DNA from: a virus
Taxonomy: Duplodnaviria > Caudoviricetes
IMG/VR virus record: IMGVR_UViG_3300037313_000574
Span: 8,291-72,290 of that record
Length of the DNA stretch: 64,000 nt
Strand: one strand, 5' to 3'
Under the pieces are notes generated by a model. That model searched no databases. It was given only the letters and a program-made list of their open reading frames with translations, and was not told the DNA's origin. The position numbers and the translations under genes are program-made. Of this stretch, positions 56,101 to 62,619 are shown one piece after another (position 1 is the stretch's first letter; every line of letters begins with the position of its first letter).

Positions 56101-58758
56101 TCGGTCGGCCAGGCGGTCGATATCCTGCGCGACGCCCGGACGCTGGGCGAGGCCACCACCAGCATCAAGGATATGCTGGCATCGAGCCAGACATTCAGCC
56201 TGCTCAACCGCACCGTGGGCACGCAATTCCACAAGGCCACCAAGGACGCCGATTTCAAGCGCGTCTTCACGGCCTACAACCAGCAGACCGACGACACTGC
56301 CCACTATGCCATCGAGGCGGAAAAACTCGCCCCCGAAGTGCTGCAGCGCCTGGATGGCTTCGCCGATGTCGGCCGCGCCCTGATCAACAGCGGCGCCAAG
56401 TACAAGGCGGACCTGGAGGCGGTTGCCAAGCCGCTGTTTGCCAACATCGAGGGCGAAAGCGGCGTGCAGCAGCAGGTTTTCACGCCGGCCGAGCTGGCGC
56501 GCGACTTTGGCTTGAACGACAAGCAGATCGGCATGTACCAGCAGGTGCGCGCTTCGGTCGACGCTTCGCTCGAACGCCTGGCGCAGACCACCATCATGTC
56601 GATGGCCGAGGCGGCGCAGATGGATATCTCCCCGCTGAAAAACCTGAGTTTGGCTGAAACCGCCCGGCTGGTGAAGGATGGCACGCATGATGGCGCGATC
56701 GGCAAGAACATTGCCGGCATGACCAAGCAAAGCGAGCTCCACGAGCGCATCGATGAGATCGTGGCGCAGACCCACAAGCTGCAGGAGGCTGGCTACATGC
56801 CCGCCATGCGCTTCGGGAGCCATGCCGTCACGGTCACCGACCCGAATGCACCGGGCAGCGATCCCCTGCACTTTGAAATGTTCGAGTCGGAAATGGCGCG
56901 CAATGTCGCCGCCAAGCGGCTGGCGCAACAGTACCCCGGCATGCAGGTTTCCCGCTCGACCATGAATCAGGACCGTTTCAAGATGTTCAAGGGCGTGAGC
57001 CCGGAGACGGTCGAGTTGTTCGCCAAGTTCAGCGGCATGGGCAAGGATGAGGCTTACCGGGATTACATCGCCCTGGCCAAGTCGGGCCGCTCGACCACCA
57101 AGCGCATGCTGGGCCGCAAGGGGATTGCCGGGTTTAGCGAGGATGTGACGCGCGTGCTGGCGTCGTTTATCACGTCCAATGCCCGCCAGTCGGCCATGAA
57201 CGTCAACACCGGCGAGATCAATTCGGCGCTGGCGTCGAAATCGCTGGCACGCAAGGGGGATGTGCAACGCGAGGCGCAATTGCTGCATGAGTACATGAGC
57301 AATCCGCAGGAAGAGGCGCAGCGCCTGCGCGGCTTCATGTTCCTGCACTTCATCGGAGGCTCGATCGCCTCGGCCGCGGTCAACCTGACGCAGCCGGTCT
57401 TGCAGACCGCACCTTACCTGTCGCAGTATGCCGGCGCCAAGACGGCCGGCATAATGACGGCGGCCGGGCGCATGGCGGCTACCGGCAAGATCACCAATGC
57501 CGAGCTGAATCAGGCCATGGCGCGCGCCAGGGCCGATGGCATCGTGGATCCACATGAAATCCACAACCTGATGGCCGATGCCTCGGGCGCCACGCTGGGC
57601 AGCAGCTTGCGCATGCGCGCGATCACCAAGGCATGGGGGAGCTTCTTCTCGGTGTCGGAAGCCTTTAACCGCCGCCTGACCTTCCTGGCCGCCTACCAGA
57701 CCGCCATGAGCATGGGGCCGGAACAATTACGGGCCAAAGGCTTCAAGGATGCCTACGAGTTTTCCCGGCAGGCGATTATCGAGACGCAAGGGCTGTATAG
57801 CAAGACCAACCGGCCGAACTGGGCGCGCGGCGCGGTCGGCGCCACATTGTTCACCTTCAAGCAGTTCAGTATCAGCTATATCGAATTCCTGAGCCGCTTG
57901 CCGACCAAACAGAAGATGCTGGCGCTGGGCATCCTGGTGCTGGCGGCCGGCTTGCAGGGGTTGCCGTTCGCCGAAGACGTGGAAGACTTGATCGATACCA
58001 TTGGCCAGTCGATGGGCTATAACACCAATACCAAGCGGGCCTTGCGGCGGGCCGCCGTTGCGGCGCTGGGTGAAGACCTGGGCGAGATCCTGGTGCATGG
58101 CCTGTCGTCGCAAAGCAATATCGACTTGCAGGGCCGCCTGGGTATGGGGAATATGCTGCCGGGCACGGCGATGTTCAAAATGTCCGAAAAAGACAAGTCG
58201 CGCGCACTGGCTGAGTTGGCCGGACCACTGGGCGGCGTGCTGATGTCCATGCAAGATTCCGTCGCCAAGGTCCAGGCTGGCGAAATCTTGGGCAAGACCG
58301 GCGCGCTGGCAACCATGACGCCGGTAGCGGTACGCAACCTGCTGCAAGGGGCGGAGACGGCCACGACCGGCGTCTACACCGATACCCGAGGACGCAAGGT
58401 GCAGGACGTCGGCGTGATCGCTTCGGTGGCGAAGATGCTGGGCTTCCAGCCGATCGAGATTGCGCAGGAATCCCGCAAGATGACTGAAATGTATCAAGAC
58501 AAGGGCATGCTGACGGCGGTATCGTCGGCGATTGCCGGACGCTGGGCGAGCGCGGCGGCGGCCGGGGATAACGAGGGCGTCAAGGCGGCCATGGAAACCC
58601 TGCGTGCCTGGAACCTGAACAACCCGGACACCCCGATCCGTATCAATCCTGCTAATATCCGGCGACGAGTGCAGGAAATCCGCGCCACCAGGGCGGAACG
58701 TTTCATTAAGTCAACGCCAAAATCAATGCGGGCGCATGCCGTGGAGGAACTTGGATGA
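44131..58758 (+). CDS. darB: Giant (4875 aa) DarB-like polyvalent ejection protein
   Basis: InPase-like GNYKKAH...HYGYIKGT.GMDKDHID; N6-MTase EPGMGIG/NPPF; SF2 helicase HAVGAGKT/DEAH/SGTP/GRIIRQGN; zincin FHEVHGH; ART-like VVYHGT..FFTD; PLxRFG-like MPAMRFG. Confidence 0.9.
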   Translation: MATKKPQPQYLQNEEAQPNWDAGEDFLKNLEANGNQDKPQEGAGILRTAGDMAIKGAQGVVGLGQSAVGLGSLATGGLVGEGMRAIGYDPKRTNDMLGEYLSDAQKASDAAVQKEDTFLGAVGAAVANPRAIVGSVVQSLPAMIAGMGAAGAAARAIGARAAAAYGGMGTEAGAVAAKAAIEQASGKLLATSAGIEGAQTAGQIADDAQAAGRAYSDYAPAALAAGAGTAAIGFGAGKLVGDAATDIATGAHTLKGSKLAKIGKEFLSEGALEEMPQSAQEQYFTNIANGEADPMKGVANAAGMGLVTGGVMGAGMGALHGHPQPESQPVPLADTGPLSRAANAVAAAQAAAQAARTGPIDYQRYDPPMLQPQQQSQELALQTPAENGIDFEPQPDARGALARQPIPELREATITTEAPAGYDNGVDFLSSNSEEPALPRDAASVEAQTFKSKGLAKIAMNQSKTTESHEVVPADDGNGFVVRPKFAAAPDQGIAGAGTKILRDGLAAISTLYQEGAADKQHADEAQAILAGLDDNSISVNEAQARFDAIYDEINTPAAVPGEDDLLTATPDETPALTEATPDAPSVDEIDLEETRIGLEVDQADLEALGEALANDMDPATGKKIASQGIRDQYQSEYENLQASVAAATEYLRQKNALIAPPPAPRADAAPATIDPIAEAANEAATSPLNDLPEPTQAQKEAGNYKKAHVRVHGLDITIENPVGSFRRGVDKDGTPWETEMQHHYGYIKGTVGMDKDHIDVFIGPNHESNKVFIVDQIDPSTGKPDEHKVMLGFDSMEQARAAYQANYADDWTGGKAITETTVQGFKDWLENGNTKKPFAQQAKKYPPAAQVEPQEITTNATQPEQVAEKAQEAAGTQAAQEDAPVAAVPAAEPVLSKQDLNKLTVKDMTDAQLLQARDVFDGGPRAPKIEKEIKKRGLDAAPEAAPAAPAQEGNANNPGTGNAKAAPGEKPTIETAMQEGSELRAVMEKDTYALPLIIRHPLEADAQGVIIGAKTSTDRVVEEGGDEYKELYDGFNNTRDYLRNTFGDTVTLYRADATQDEKRVENKPTLYFGTKKVASNFESKGRKVKAYDIKVDDIIAAPLFHNGYFDFVVRNPEYVEKGQDKGPQRATTMDEAKAAVRAYFDWYLRESPNAKEPMPGIHGGNAFTMDAGGAPFTKAGEILVNGPTGDLKFKYADLWKEAKEAAKPAPRGVLVKPAESKGETLQEPAPAKKKPTAKQKQAAAEEAMRKMLGAEVGDTITMTFKGSFGYLTSGKPMVIESINSDKSIYFRDPVNGSGTFESLSSMQAAARNSFVKLTWEVQPKAESKLAPAESAPAPTAAPVDTRPTLADEAAKAKAQADLMDGLADLANIFGKNAKLNITPEQEQKLLPVLTKVMDAAFRLGYYQFKDAARFVLTTIREKIGADVAEQITLDHVQGAYIGMAGKYKDQGASTKKEVIGVESLVELADVAENQDDNSAEPYKLEETTPQEEADNDSTASTDSPPVDFDLVAEQRPEGSAAPVRGAKPPRARSGRANDRSVRGPRGRAEKSNDGQLDLGDGAGNNPVSAGQNDAVAGSVQRVSADFRPAIGGLTREGSWFDTAGRNIDLIELAITIEKEGRAATPEEQAKLSKYVGFGASAIRNPLFPIPPSYAKQQDPNRLIWPQYVEPRWKPLAERLDALPREWQKSILQSSQYAHYTSEGMIRSIWSAMQRLGFTGGKIMEPGMGIGSFSMLMPDAVRLGSTYTGIEFDGPTALIAKLLSPDQNMIHGDFIKRKLPRDFFDAAIGNPPFSQTKVLADPDYEKHGFMLHDFFFAKSIDRVRPGGLLAFVTSKGTMDKQADKARKYLAERADLIGAIRLPSTAFEDNAGTSVVTDVIFLRKRAPGAAPAGAAWQNVAAVETKDGPAVINEYFAAHPEMVLGQNRISGNVDDEGRRINSNGMGGEKYTVVSYDKTPAELEAKFAAAIERLPENVYSVMNMSPEAIKAETAKVDFDPRIKRDGVVYVGDDGTLMRVEHGVGKPLGDSVKFTEKDHQWMKSYVGLRDLVQAARATQAQDGDWEKPLKALNKAYDKFRKEHGPINAFRTQVRKSTDEDGNPVETEIRIFTNRRRFREDYDAAIVTQLETINEAGEVVKAPFLLGRTIGKPVTRTIQSIGDALAVSLDALGKLNLADVAKRINLSEEEAIAALGDQVYKTPSGQWQLSDEYLSGDVVTKLEEAEEAARLDPSLKRNVEALKKAQPEKLGPSQISVKLGASWIPAEHVNAFAKEIEAGAVTFDSKTETWQVAGGNERSGRRAGAEYGTAARSPSELLEAALNSRSVKVTTKDADKKTVVDTEATTAANEALKKIKDKFKGWVWTDSSRAAELVESYNKRYNNIAPRLFDGSHLTLPGVSLRFKLHPHQLRAIWRVIQTGNTYLAHAVGAGKTIEMIAAGMEQKRLGLIKKPMYVVPNHMLEQFSNEFMELYPLANIMVADDENFSPERRRAFIASATLNNPDAIIITHDAFQRIGVKEESIAPIRDEILSDLEIELESMAKDSGARVRRGQLEQQIEAVTQRFDRIIAAGGKDSTIKFEDIGADFIFADEAHVYRKLDFHTAQQIKGIDPNGSKRALDMYVKTRYLEKQRPGRSMGFASGTPVTNTMGELYTIMRFFAADELDRAGISSFDAWARMFGEVVPALEPNAAGKYEIVERFARFDNVPELMSRVRQFMDVLTSEHLGALVKRPDLKGGKPSLNIVAPTAALDAYMKGELARRIEASKKWKPSKDEPSNPDPIVAIITDGRFAAIDPRFFGGDLEEGDTSIIHEMADKVAAEYHATADNVYLDKQQKPEPIKGGTQIVFYNLGFGAASQANRGFNARAAFTKRLTDGGVKRSEIAWFDDANTDAKKEAIFKAMRAGQIRVLIGSAKKMGTGVNVQKRLTKLHYQDPPWFPADVEQPHGRIIRQGNQNGEVGIDWYTTKGTYQSTMWQMVARKQRFIDQAFTGDKNMRSMDDMGEASLFEQAAAVASGDPRAIQLAGLKQDVERFERLQAAHANEQIAVRSALKSAEWQKQDTTSNIAALTKAYQAIGEKYFAFTAGTVDGRAYDKVGEFGQALKDAFNKIAKEAKEFAPAGNDREIGKIGDKITIRMVGTLDSKEKPTGKFKIYLSVGGMNLDSLVYSDVLGEEVDAVGLGRRVGNQLNGIEPELNKSKRSLTQAETDIVRLTKKMGAPFEYQQEMLDKYGELKRLEEELRQEGLAAAQQAAAQPEAPAVINADGAAPGEAAQDGDVLAYSRGPSPAAGMTLEAAQAEVDRLKAGWENAPRITVVESVSSLRTLLADPNIKADARGIYLDGRIWIVAENNGSPLDMQTTLFHEVHGHAGLSGLFGDDLRNQLIALSMKNENIRAAAAQWRAANQDIRDNLDDAAWLSLSIEEALADMAGEGRQLNGFAKFMNALQSALRAIGFTEFANWLGKRTDAEALAMLANARQFIERGDQAHVFSAQEAQEYANPADKINSAAFRKWFGDSKVVDADGKPLVVYHGTTRDFSQFDPERAETDFGSFFTDQADHAQEYSQGNGGNMMPVYLSIKNPYEVTSSQWALAEGLSPEQARDAGYDGYKITSLNGSAETTWVAFRPEQIKSAISNNGDFDPANQDIRYSTIGSKGAGAQMALDFAASDNILEELSRHDELFRLPKSNKDTVAGIAADNDTGITVREFFNIPGETRYNFTTPDGQVARMTVRKFNPRANQLYSFDLVDGEMVGQVDERPGRNAEEVEGKDDLWLDVSGLKPGSGYGAKIYNIAATYAHNTGKVFIGDPAGLSDDAMRRRPEQMLSSALKFGTTEHLAPHPWQVAGDPKIGVPRLDWVYGDHIGNIQKLIKLNQAIIENAGGNGNIAYNAEKGQFEDVDGNPLSRADISEMAELGLGRAAGAGGATLARHALFQSLLQGEGGRGREGVGRSHDVLESLGQQLRNHDSTRLDSPLRRILYSRGNLRSREESGVSGALNGFKNSSVGQAVDILRDARTLGEATTSIKDMLASSQTFSLLNRTVGTQFHKATKDADFKRVFTAYNQQTDDTAHYAIEAEKLAPEVLQRLDGFADVGRALINSGAKYKADLEAVAKPLFANIEGESGVQQQVFTPAELARDFGLNDKQIGMYQQVRASVDASLERLAQTTIMSMAEAAQMDISPLKNLSLAETARLVKDGTHDGAIGKNIAGMTKQSELHERIDEIVAQTHKLQEAGYMPAMRFGSHAVTVTDPNAPGSDPLHFEMFESEMARNVAAKRLAQQYPGMQVSRSTMNQDRFKMFKGVSPETVELFAKFSGMGKDEAYRDYIALAKSGRSTTKRMLGRKGIAGFSEDVTRVLASFITSNARQSAMNVNTGEINSALASKSLARKGDVQREAQLLHEYMSNPQEEAQRLRGFMFLHFIGGSIASAAVNLTQPVLQTAPYLSQYAGAKTAGIMTAAGRMAATGKITNAELNQAMARARADGIVDPHEIHNLMADASGATLGSSLRMRAITKAWGSFFSVSEAFNRRLTFLAAYQTAMSMGPEQLRAKGFKDAYEFSRQAIIETQGLYSKTNRPNWARGAVGATLFTFKQFSISYIEFLSRLPTKQKMLALGILVLAAGLQGLPFAEDVEDLIDTIGQSMGYNTNTKRALRRAAVAALGEDLGEILVHGLSSQSNIDLQGRLGMGNMLPGTAMFKMSEKDKSRALAELAGPLGGVLMSMQDSVAKVQAGEILGKTGALATMTPVAVRNLLQGAETATTGVYTDTRGRKVQDVGVIASVAKMLGFQPIEIAQESRKMTEMYQDKGMLTAVSSAIAGRWASAAAAGDNEGVKAAMETLRAWNLNNPDTPIRINPANIRRRVQEIRATRAERFIKSTPKSMRAHAVEELG

Positions 58759-58934
58759 ATCTTGTGGCAATAGCTCTTGTGGCGCCGGTAGTGATCTTGG
58801 CGCTGTTCGAGCCATCCATCATTCCGTGGCTGGCCGGCTTCGTGCTGGCCTACCTGCTGGCGTGGTGGCTGCTGGACAAAACGATCGGGAAAAAGCCGAT
58901 TACGAGCGGAAATGATGGCAAAAAACCACGTTAA
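58755..58934 (+). CDS. Small membrane protein, 59 aa (not in ORF track)
   Basis: MNLVAIALVAPVVILALFEPSIIPWLAGFVLAYLLAWWLLDKTIGKK...; ATGA overlap with the giant gene's stop. Confidence 0.55.
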   Translation: MNLVAIALVAPVVILALFEPSIIPWLAGFVLAYLLAWWLLDKTIGKKPITSGNDGKKPR

Positions 58935-59090
58935 AGGCGGTTTTTTCGTGCCATTGGGACATAGAATCTGCGCGACTTCTGCGCGACTTTTGCGCGAACC
59001 TCATCAACACTCATAGGCACCCATCAACAAAACTCGCGCAACGGGCGTTCGCAAGTCATTGATTTATAAAGCATACGGCTTAAATGGCAA

Positions 59091-59137
59091 GGCTACGAAC
59101 CAAGGGGTCGTGGGTTCGATTCCTGCCAGCCGCACCA
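59091..59137 (+). other. 3' half of tRNA-Arg(ACG) = att core (not a complete tRNA)
   Basis: GGCTACGAACCAAGGGGTCGTGGGTTCGATTCCTGCCAGCCGCACCA: ACG anticodon loop, T-loop, CCA; no 5' acceptor strand or D-arm upstream. Confidence 0.9.
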
Positions 59138-59155
59138 GTTTTACCTAGTAATATC

Positions 59156-59194
59156 AACGGGTTAGCGCCACAATCGCTAACCCGTTTTTCTTTT
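59156..59194. terminator. Terminator hairpin downstream of the tRNA half (also faces int)
   Basis: AACGGGTTAGCG-ccacaat-CGCTAACCCGTT + T-run. Confidence 0.8.
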
Positions 59195-59216
59195 GCTGCG
59201 CGACTTCTGCGCGACT

Positions 59217-60308
59217 TTATCCATTAACAACTCTTAGGATGGTCGGCGTATCCCTGGTCGCCTGCACCAGATTTGCCATTTCTACCAGTCGCGCAATCGT
59301 CGGGGTCGCATAATGGGCCGACATATTTTCCGTCGCGTGCCCCATCAATGTTGCCCGGTCTTCATTTGAAACACCCGCTTCCCGCAGTCGCTGCCCAAAC
59401 GTGTGCCGCAAGTCATGTACCCGAACGTGCGCGAGTTTTGCGCGCTTCCGGGCCTTCTGCCACGCCGTGTTGTTGATCGTGTCCACGCGGTCCGGGTCGA
59501 GATCCTTCTTTTCGTTCCGGTAGGTAAAAACATATTCCTTGTGGATGCCACGGCATTGCTCGATCACACTCATTGCCACATCATTTAAAATGGCAACATG
59601 ATCCCGCTTGCTCTTGAACTCCCTGGCCGGGATGATGAAGACGCTGCGGTCCAGTTCAGGGATGCGCCTTTCCCACTCCCAGCGCAGACCGCACACGTTT
59701 TCATCCCGCAACCCGGTATTCACGGCAAACAGAGCCATGCGCGCCAAGTGCTGCGGCAGCTCGGCAAATAACCGCTTCTGCTCGTCCCATGTCATCGGGC
59801 ACGGCTGCCGCGGCGATTCGTCCAGCATTTCGATTAGCGGTGCCGACGCCAACCAAGGCTTGCCATCATCATCCCGCCACACCCTGGCAGCGCGGGACAG
59901 TACCGATCGGACCACTTCAAGCGTCCGATTGACCGTGATGGCGGATACCTTGTCCTCCTTCAATCGCTTGTCGAAGAACGATTGAAACGATCCGGAGTGG
60001 ATCGATTCGAGCGGCTTGGTTCCGATGTAGGGCAAGATCAGCGTAATGTGGTAGCTGATCAGGTCCAGCGTTCTTACGCCGCGCCGTTCGCACTCATCAA
60101 GGTAGCGCCCAGCAGCATGTCCGAAATTGCGTTGCGCGCCTTGTTTAAGTTCGACATCGATTTTTGCTTGCTCTTCGCGGAGCCAGGCTTCGGCATAGTC
60201 TTGGCTGACTTTTCCGAGCCGTTCAAAGATCCTCCTTCCTTTGTATTGCTTGTTGACAATTTTTGCGCCATCGTCTTCGGCGGTGATACCTTTTGTCCGA
60301 GTTCGCAT
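59217..60308 (-). CDS. int: Tyrosine integrase
   Basis: TGLRDENV (R), HDLRHTFG (HxxR), LMGHATENMSAHY (H, Y); adjacent to attP. Confidence 0.95.
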   Translation of the reverse strand: MRTRTKGITAEDDGAKIVNKQYKGRRIFERLGKVSQDYAEAWLREEQAKIDVELKQGAQRNFGHAAGRYLDECERRGVRTLDLISYHITLILPYIGTKPLESIHSGSFQSFFDKRLKEDKVSAITVNRTLEVVRSVLSRAARVWRDDDGKPWLASAPLIEMLDESPRQPCPMTWDEQKRLFAELPQHLARMALFAVNTGLRDENVCGLRWEWERRIPELDRSVFIIPAREFKSKRDHVAILNDVAMSVIEQCRGIHKEYVFTYRNEKKDLDPDRVDTINNTAWQKARKRAKLAHVRVHDLRHTFGQRLREAGVSNEDRATLMGHATENMSAHYATPTIARLVEMANLVQATRDTPTILRVVNG

Positions 60309-60511
60309 AATTCCCTTTCCTTGCGACCTGGACGCCCGTTGCGAACTTTATAATCATCCGCCCATGCGTCCAAGTCAAGTCTGTCGAAGGCGATGCCGCG
60401 CTCGCCGATTGGTATTTCCGTCAGGCCCGGCCGCACTTCGCTGTCGAACTTGGACCTGTCCATGCCGAGATAGCCGGGGGCGTCGCGGTAGCGGATGTAG
60501 CGGGGAATCAT
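60074..60511 (-). CDS. xis: Excisionase-like DNA-binding protein overlapping int
   Basis: PRYIRYRDAPGYLGMDRSKFD.EVRP...IAFDRLDLDAWAD; directly upstream of int. Confidence 0.65.
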   Translation of the reverse strand: MIPRYIRYRDAPGYLGMDRSKFDSEVRPGLTEIPIGERGIAFDRLDLDAWADDYKVRNGRPGRKERELCELGQKVSPPKTMAQKLSTSNTKEGGSLNGSEKSAKTMPKPGSAKSKQKSMSNLNKARNAISDMLLGATLMSANGAA

Positions 60512-60669
60512 GGCTCGCCCTTATCTGATGTCTCCGGCACGCTCAATATTTCCTTGAAAACAATGTCATGCACTTGATGTACAAGAAGAATAAATGCCGC
60601 CGGGAAAATCCATACTGGGAGCGTAATTAATGCCAACGCGACGGCAGCTATCTGGAGCGCTGTTTTCAT
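60508..60669 (-). CDS. Small membrane protein, 53 aa (not in ORF track)
   Basis: MKTALQIAAVALALITLPVWIFPAAFILLVHQ...; ATGA overlaps both sides. Confidence 0.5.
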   Translation of the reverse strand: MKTALQIAAVALALITLPVWIFPAAFILLVHQVHDIVFKEILSVPETSDKGEP

Positions 60670-60887
60670 GCCGCCCTCCCTCCCAAATTGCGGTTGGCAA
60701 TTTCATCGCGCCGCGCCTGGATGGCAGCCTCGCGCATCTTCCTGATTTCAAATTCCCGCTGGTTAGCGGTCATGCCCAAGCCTTCAAGCGCGATATCGTA
60801 GATGCGCTCAATACGATTGGTCGGTATTCTCGATTTAGCACATAGGGTAACGATCTTCTCCAGCGCGACTTTCCATTCGTGGCTCAT
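60666..60887 (-). CDS. Hypothetical protein
   Basis: MSHEWKVALEKI...; coupled to the upstream stop. Confidence 0.5.
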   Translation of the reverse strand: MSHEWKVALEKIVTLCAKSRIPTNRIERIYDIALEGLGMTANQREFEIRKMREAAIQARRDEIANRNLGGRAA

Positions 60888-61414
60888 GCTGCGTTCTCCA
60901 TCAATTCCTGAATTTCCTGGGCTTGGATGCACGATTCGATTTCCCGCGGCGTCAGCGGCATCATGACCTCGATCACGTCGGCAATTGACTTTCGCGCCGC
61001 ATCGAGATCGGACTGGCATAGTTCCACGCCTGCTTCCAGCTTCTTTGCTGCATGGCGCATGCCTTCGCTGACCAGCGGCACGCCGCGATGCCGGCAAACG
61101 ATGTCGAAGGTCTTGCACGATAGGAGCAAGCTGGGCGCCAACGGGTAATACACGCCTTCATGTTGCGCCGGCATATAGACGACTTCATTATTTTGGTTGA
61201 CCAATGATTCGCCGGTTTCCTCCATATCCTGGAATGCCTTCAGGATTGGCGCGAAACGGGCTTCGAGACGGCCTGCATTGATCTTGCTGTTCATCGGCGC
61301 ATCATTCGCCGACAGCCACTTGGCCTGCTTCGACTGGCGGATGCGTGCGACCTTTTGATCGAGTGGCACACGCTGCTTATTGCGTTTTTTTGTAGCCATC
61401 ACTTCACTCCCCAT
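60884..61414 (-). CDS. Hypothetical early-left protein
   Basis: MATKKRNKQR basic N-terminus; coupled overlap. Confidence 0.6.
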   Translation of the reverse strand: MGSEVMATKKRNKQRVPLDQKVARIRQSKQAKWLSANDAPMNSKINAGRLEARFAPILKAFQDMEETGESLVNQNNEVVYMPAQHEGVYYPLAPSLLLSCKTFDIVCRHRGVPLVSEGMRHAAKKLEAGVELCQSDLDAARKSIADVIEVMMPLTPREIESCIQAQEIQELMENAA

Positions 61415-61478
61415 GCTTCCTTAGTCTTTCGATAATTCTCAATACAACGTCCTGCATTGCTACTCTCTCTAGACGGCG

Positions 61479-61679
61479 CTACCAGTGAACGCCTGTGTCA
61501 TCGTCATCGTTGCGCTTGTCGTCAATGGTCTTGATTACGGCAACGGGGCCAATGTGGTTTCCTATGTTGCATGTCGTTACGCCGTCTATGGACTCGTCAT
61601 ATCGACGGCCAACATCGCACAGAATTGGCAGATAGGGCGGCAGCTTCTGGAGCCTATCGATCAGTTCAGCGACAGTCAT
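61479..61679 (-). CDS. Hypothetical protein
   Basis: MTVAELIDRLQKLP start common in phage small proteins. Confidence 0.55.
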   Translation of the reverse strand: MTVAELIDRLQKLPPYLPILCDVGRRYDESIDGVTTCNIGNHIGPVAVIKTIDDKRNDDDDTGVHW

Positions 61680-62158
61680 CCTTCCCCTCCCGTTGATTGA
61701 GCACCCGCATCGACCAATGCGAACACGATGCCACGGCAATACGGCTCGCCGTCTTCGGTGATCTCGAATGTGACGTGTGGGATGTTGGCCGTGAATGTCC
61801 AGGAATAGCCAGGCTCCGCGCACCACAGAGCCTGAATGAGCTTTGCGCTCGGCTTACGGACGAAATAATCGGCAAGCGCATCATCGTCATCGTCGATTGA
61901 ATCCCGATCCGGCAAAAGCCCAGCACCATCCACATAGGCATCGCCGCCGTTGTAGCATCCGATTTCATCATGGATTGCGCCGCGAAACTCCATCAGGTCA
62001 TCGCTGGCCCCGAACACGACCACCAGACCGTGGTTCTTCGCTTCGGCTTCGATCAATAACCCCGTTTTTGCCTCGATCTGTTTGATAAGGTCATAGCTGC
62101 GCACGAAGTTGTCGTATGTTGCGCCGGCCATCATTGCAGCTAATTCTTCTTTGGTCAT
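61676..62158 (-). CDS. Conserved phage hypothetical protein
   Basis: GLVVVFGASDDLMEFRGAIHDE...IQALWC...SWTF...IPHVTFEITEDGEPYCRGIVF. Confidence 0.7.
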   Translation of the reverse strand: MTKEELAAMMAGATYDNFVRSYDLIKQIEAKTGLLIEAEAKNHGLVVVFGASDDLMEFRGAIHDEIGCYNGGDAYVDGAGLLPDRDSIDDDDDALADYFVRKPSAKLIQALWCAEPGYSWTFTANIPHVTFEITEDGEPYCRGIVFALVDAGAQSTGGEG

Positions 62159-62163
62159 GATAT

Positions 62164-62619
62164 TTATCCTTGTTTGTCCGTTGATTGAGCACTAGGGGCG
62201 GGGACTCGCTTGCGGTATTCGTAGATGGCGACGTTAAGGCTGTTCCTCGCCTCGCTCATATCAATCACGGCATTGGTGTGTCGAATATCAGCGGCGGTTT
62301 CTTCTTCATCGGTTTCTGCATCAAGTCCTGAGTTGTAAGCCTCATCGGCGGCATTAACGGCAGCTTTAAATTCTTCGGCGCAATCGGCCATGTGATTTGC
62401 GTATTCGATTGCACTGCGCTTGACAAGTACAAACCCTTCCGGCACTTGCTGAGTGGCCAATTGCGCCTTGAGCGTAGCAACCTCTCGCTCCAGCTCGCGG
62501 CAGAGCGGTGCAATCTCTTGATGCACGGCCTCGTAGTATTTCGCCAACTCCTTTGGGCTTTCGCCTGGATATTCCGCCATTACTTTGACGATCACGGCCT
62601 CTGTTCGTGGCGTTGTCAT
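62164..62619 (-). CDS. Hypothetical protein (Ea22-like module)
   Basis: MTTPRTEA...CRELERE...VPEGFVLV. Confidence 0.6.
   Translation of the reverse strand: MTTPRTEAVIVKVMAEYPGESPKELAKYYEAVHQEIAPLCRELEREVATLKAQLATQQVPEGFVLVKRSAIEYANHMADCAEEFKAAVNAADEAYNSGLDAETDEEETAADIRHTNAVIDMSEARNSLNVAIYEYRKRVPAPSAQSTDKQG

Larger units (their letters stand above)
58969..59217. mobile_element. attP: arm-type repeats, IHF sites and tRNA-derived core
   Basis: TGCGCGACTT-type repeats at 58969, 58980, 58991 (11-bp period), inverted at 59029-40, and at 59197, 59208; IHF consensus WATCAAN4TTR at 59052-64(-) and 59152-64(+). Confidence 0.85.

Noticed and set aside
59060-59137. Complete tRNA-Arg gene
   Set aside because: Only anticodon arm to CCA is present; upstream sequence cannot form the D-arm or 5' acceptor strand, so it is an att core
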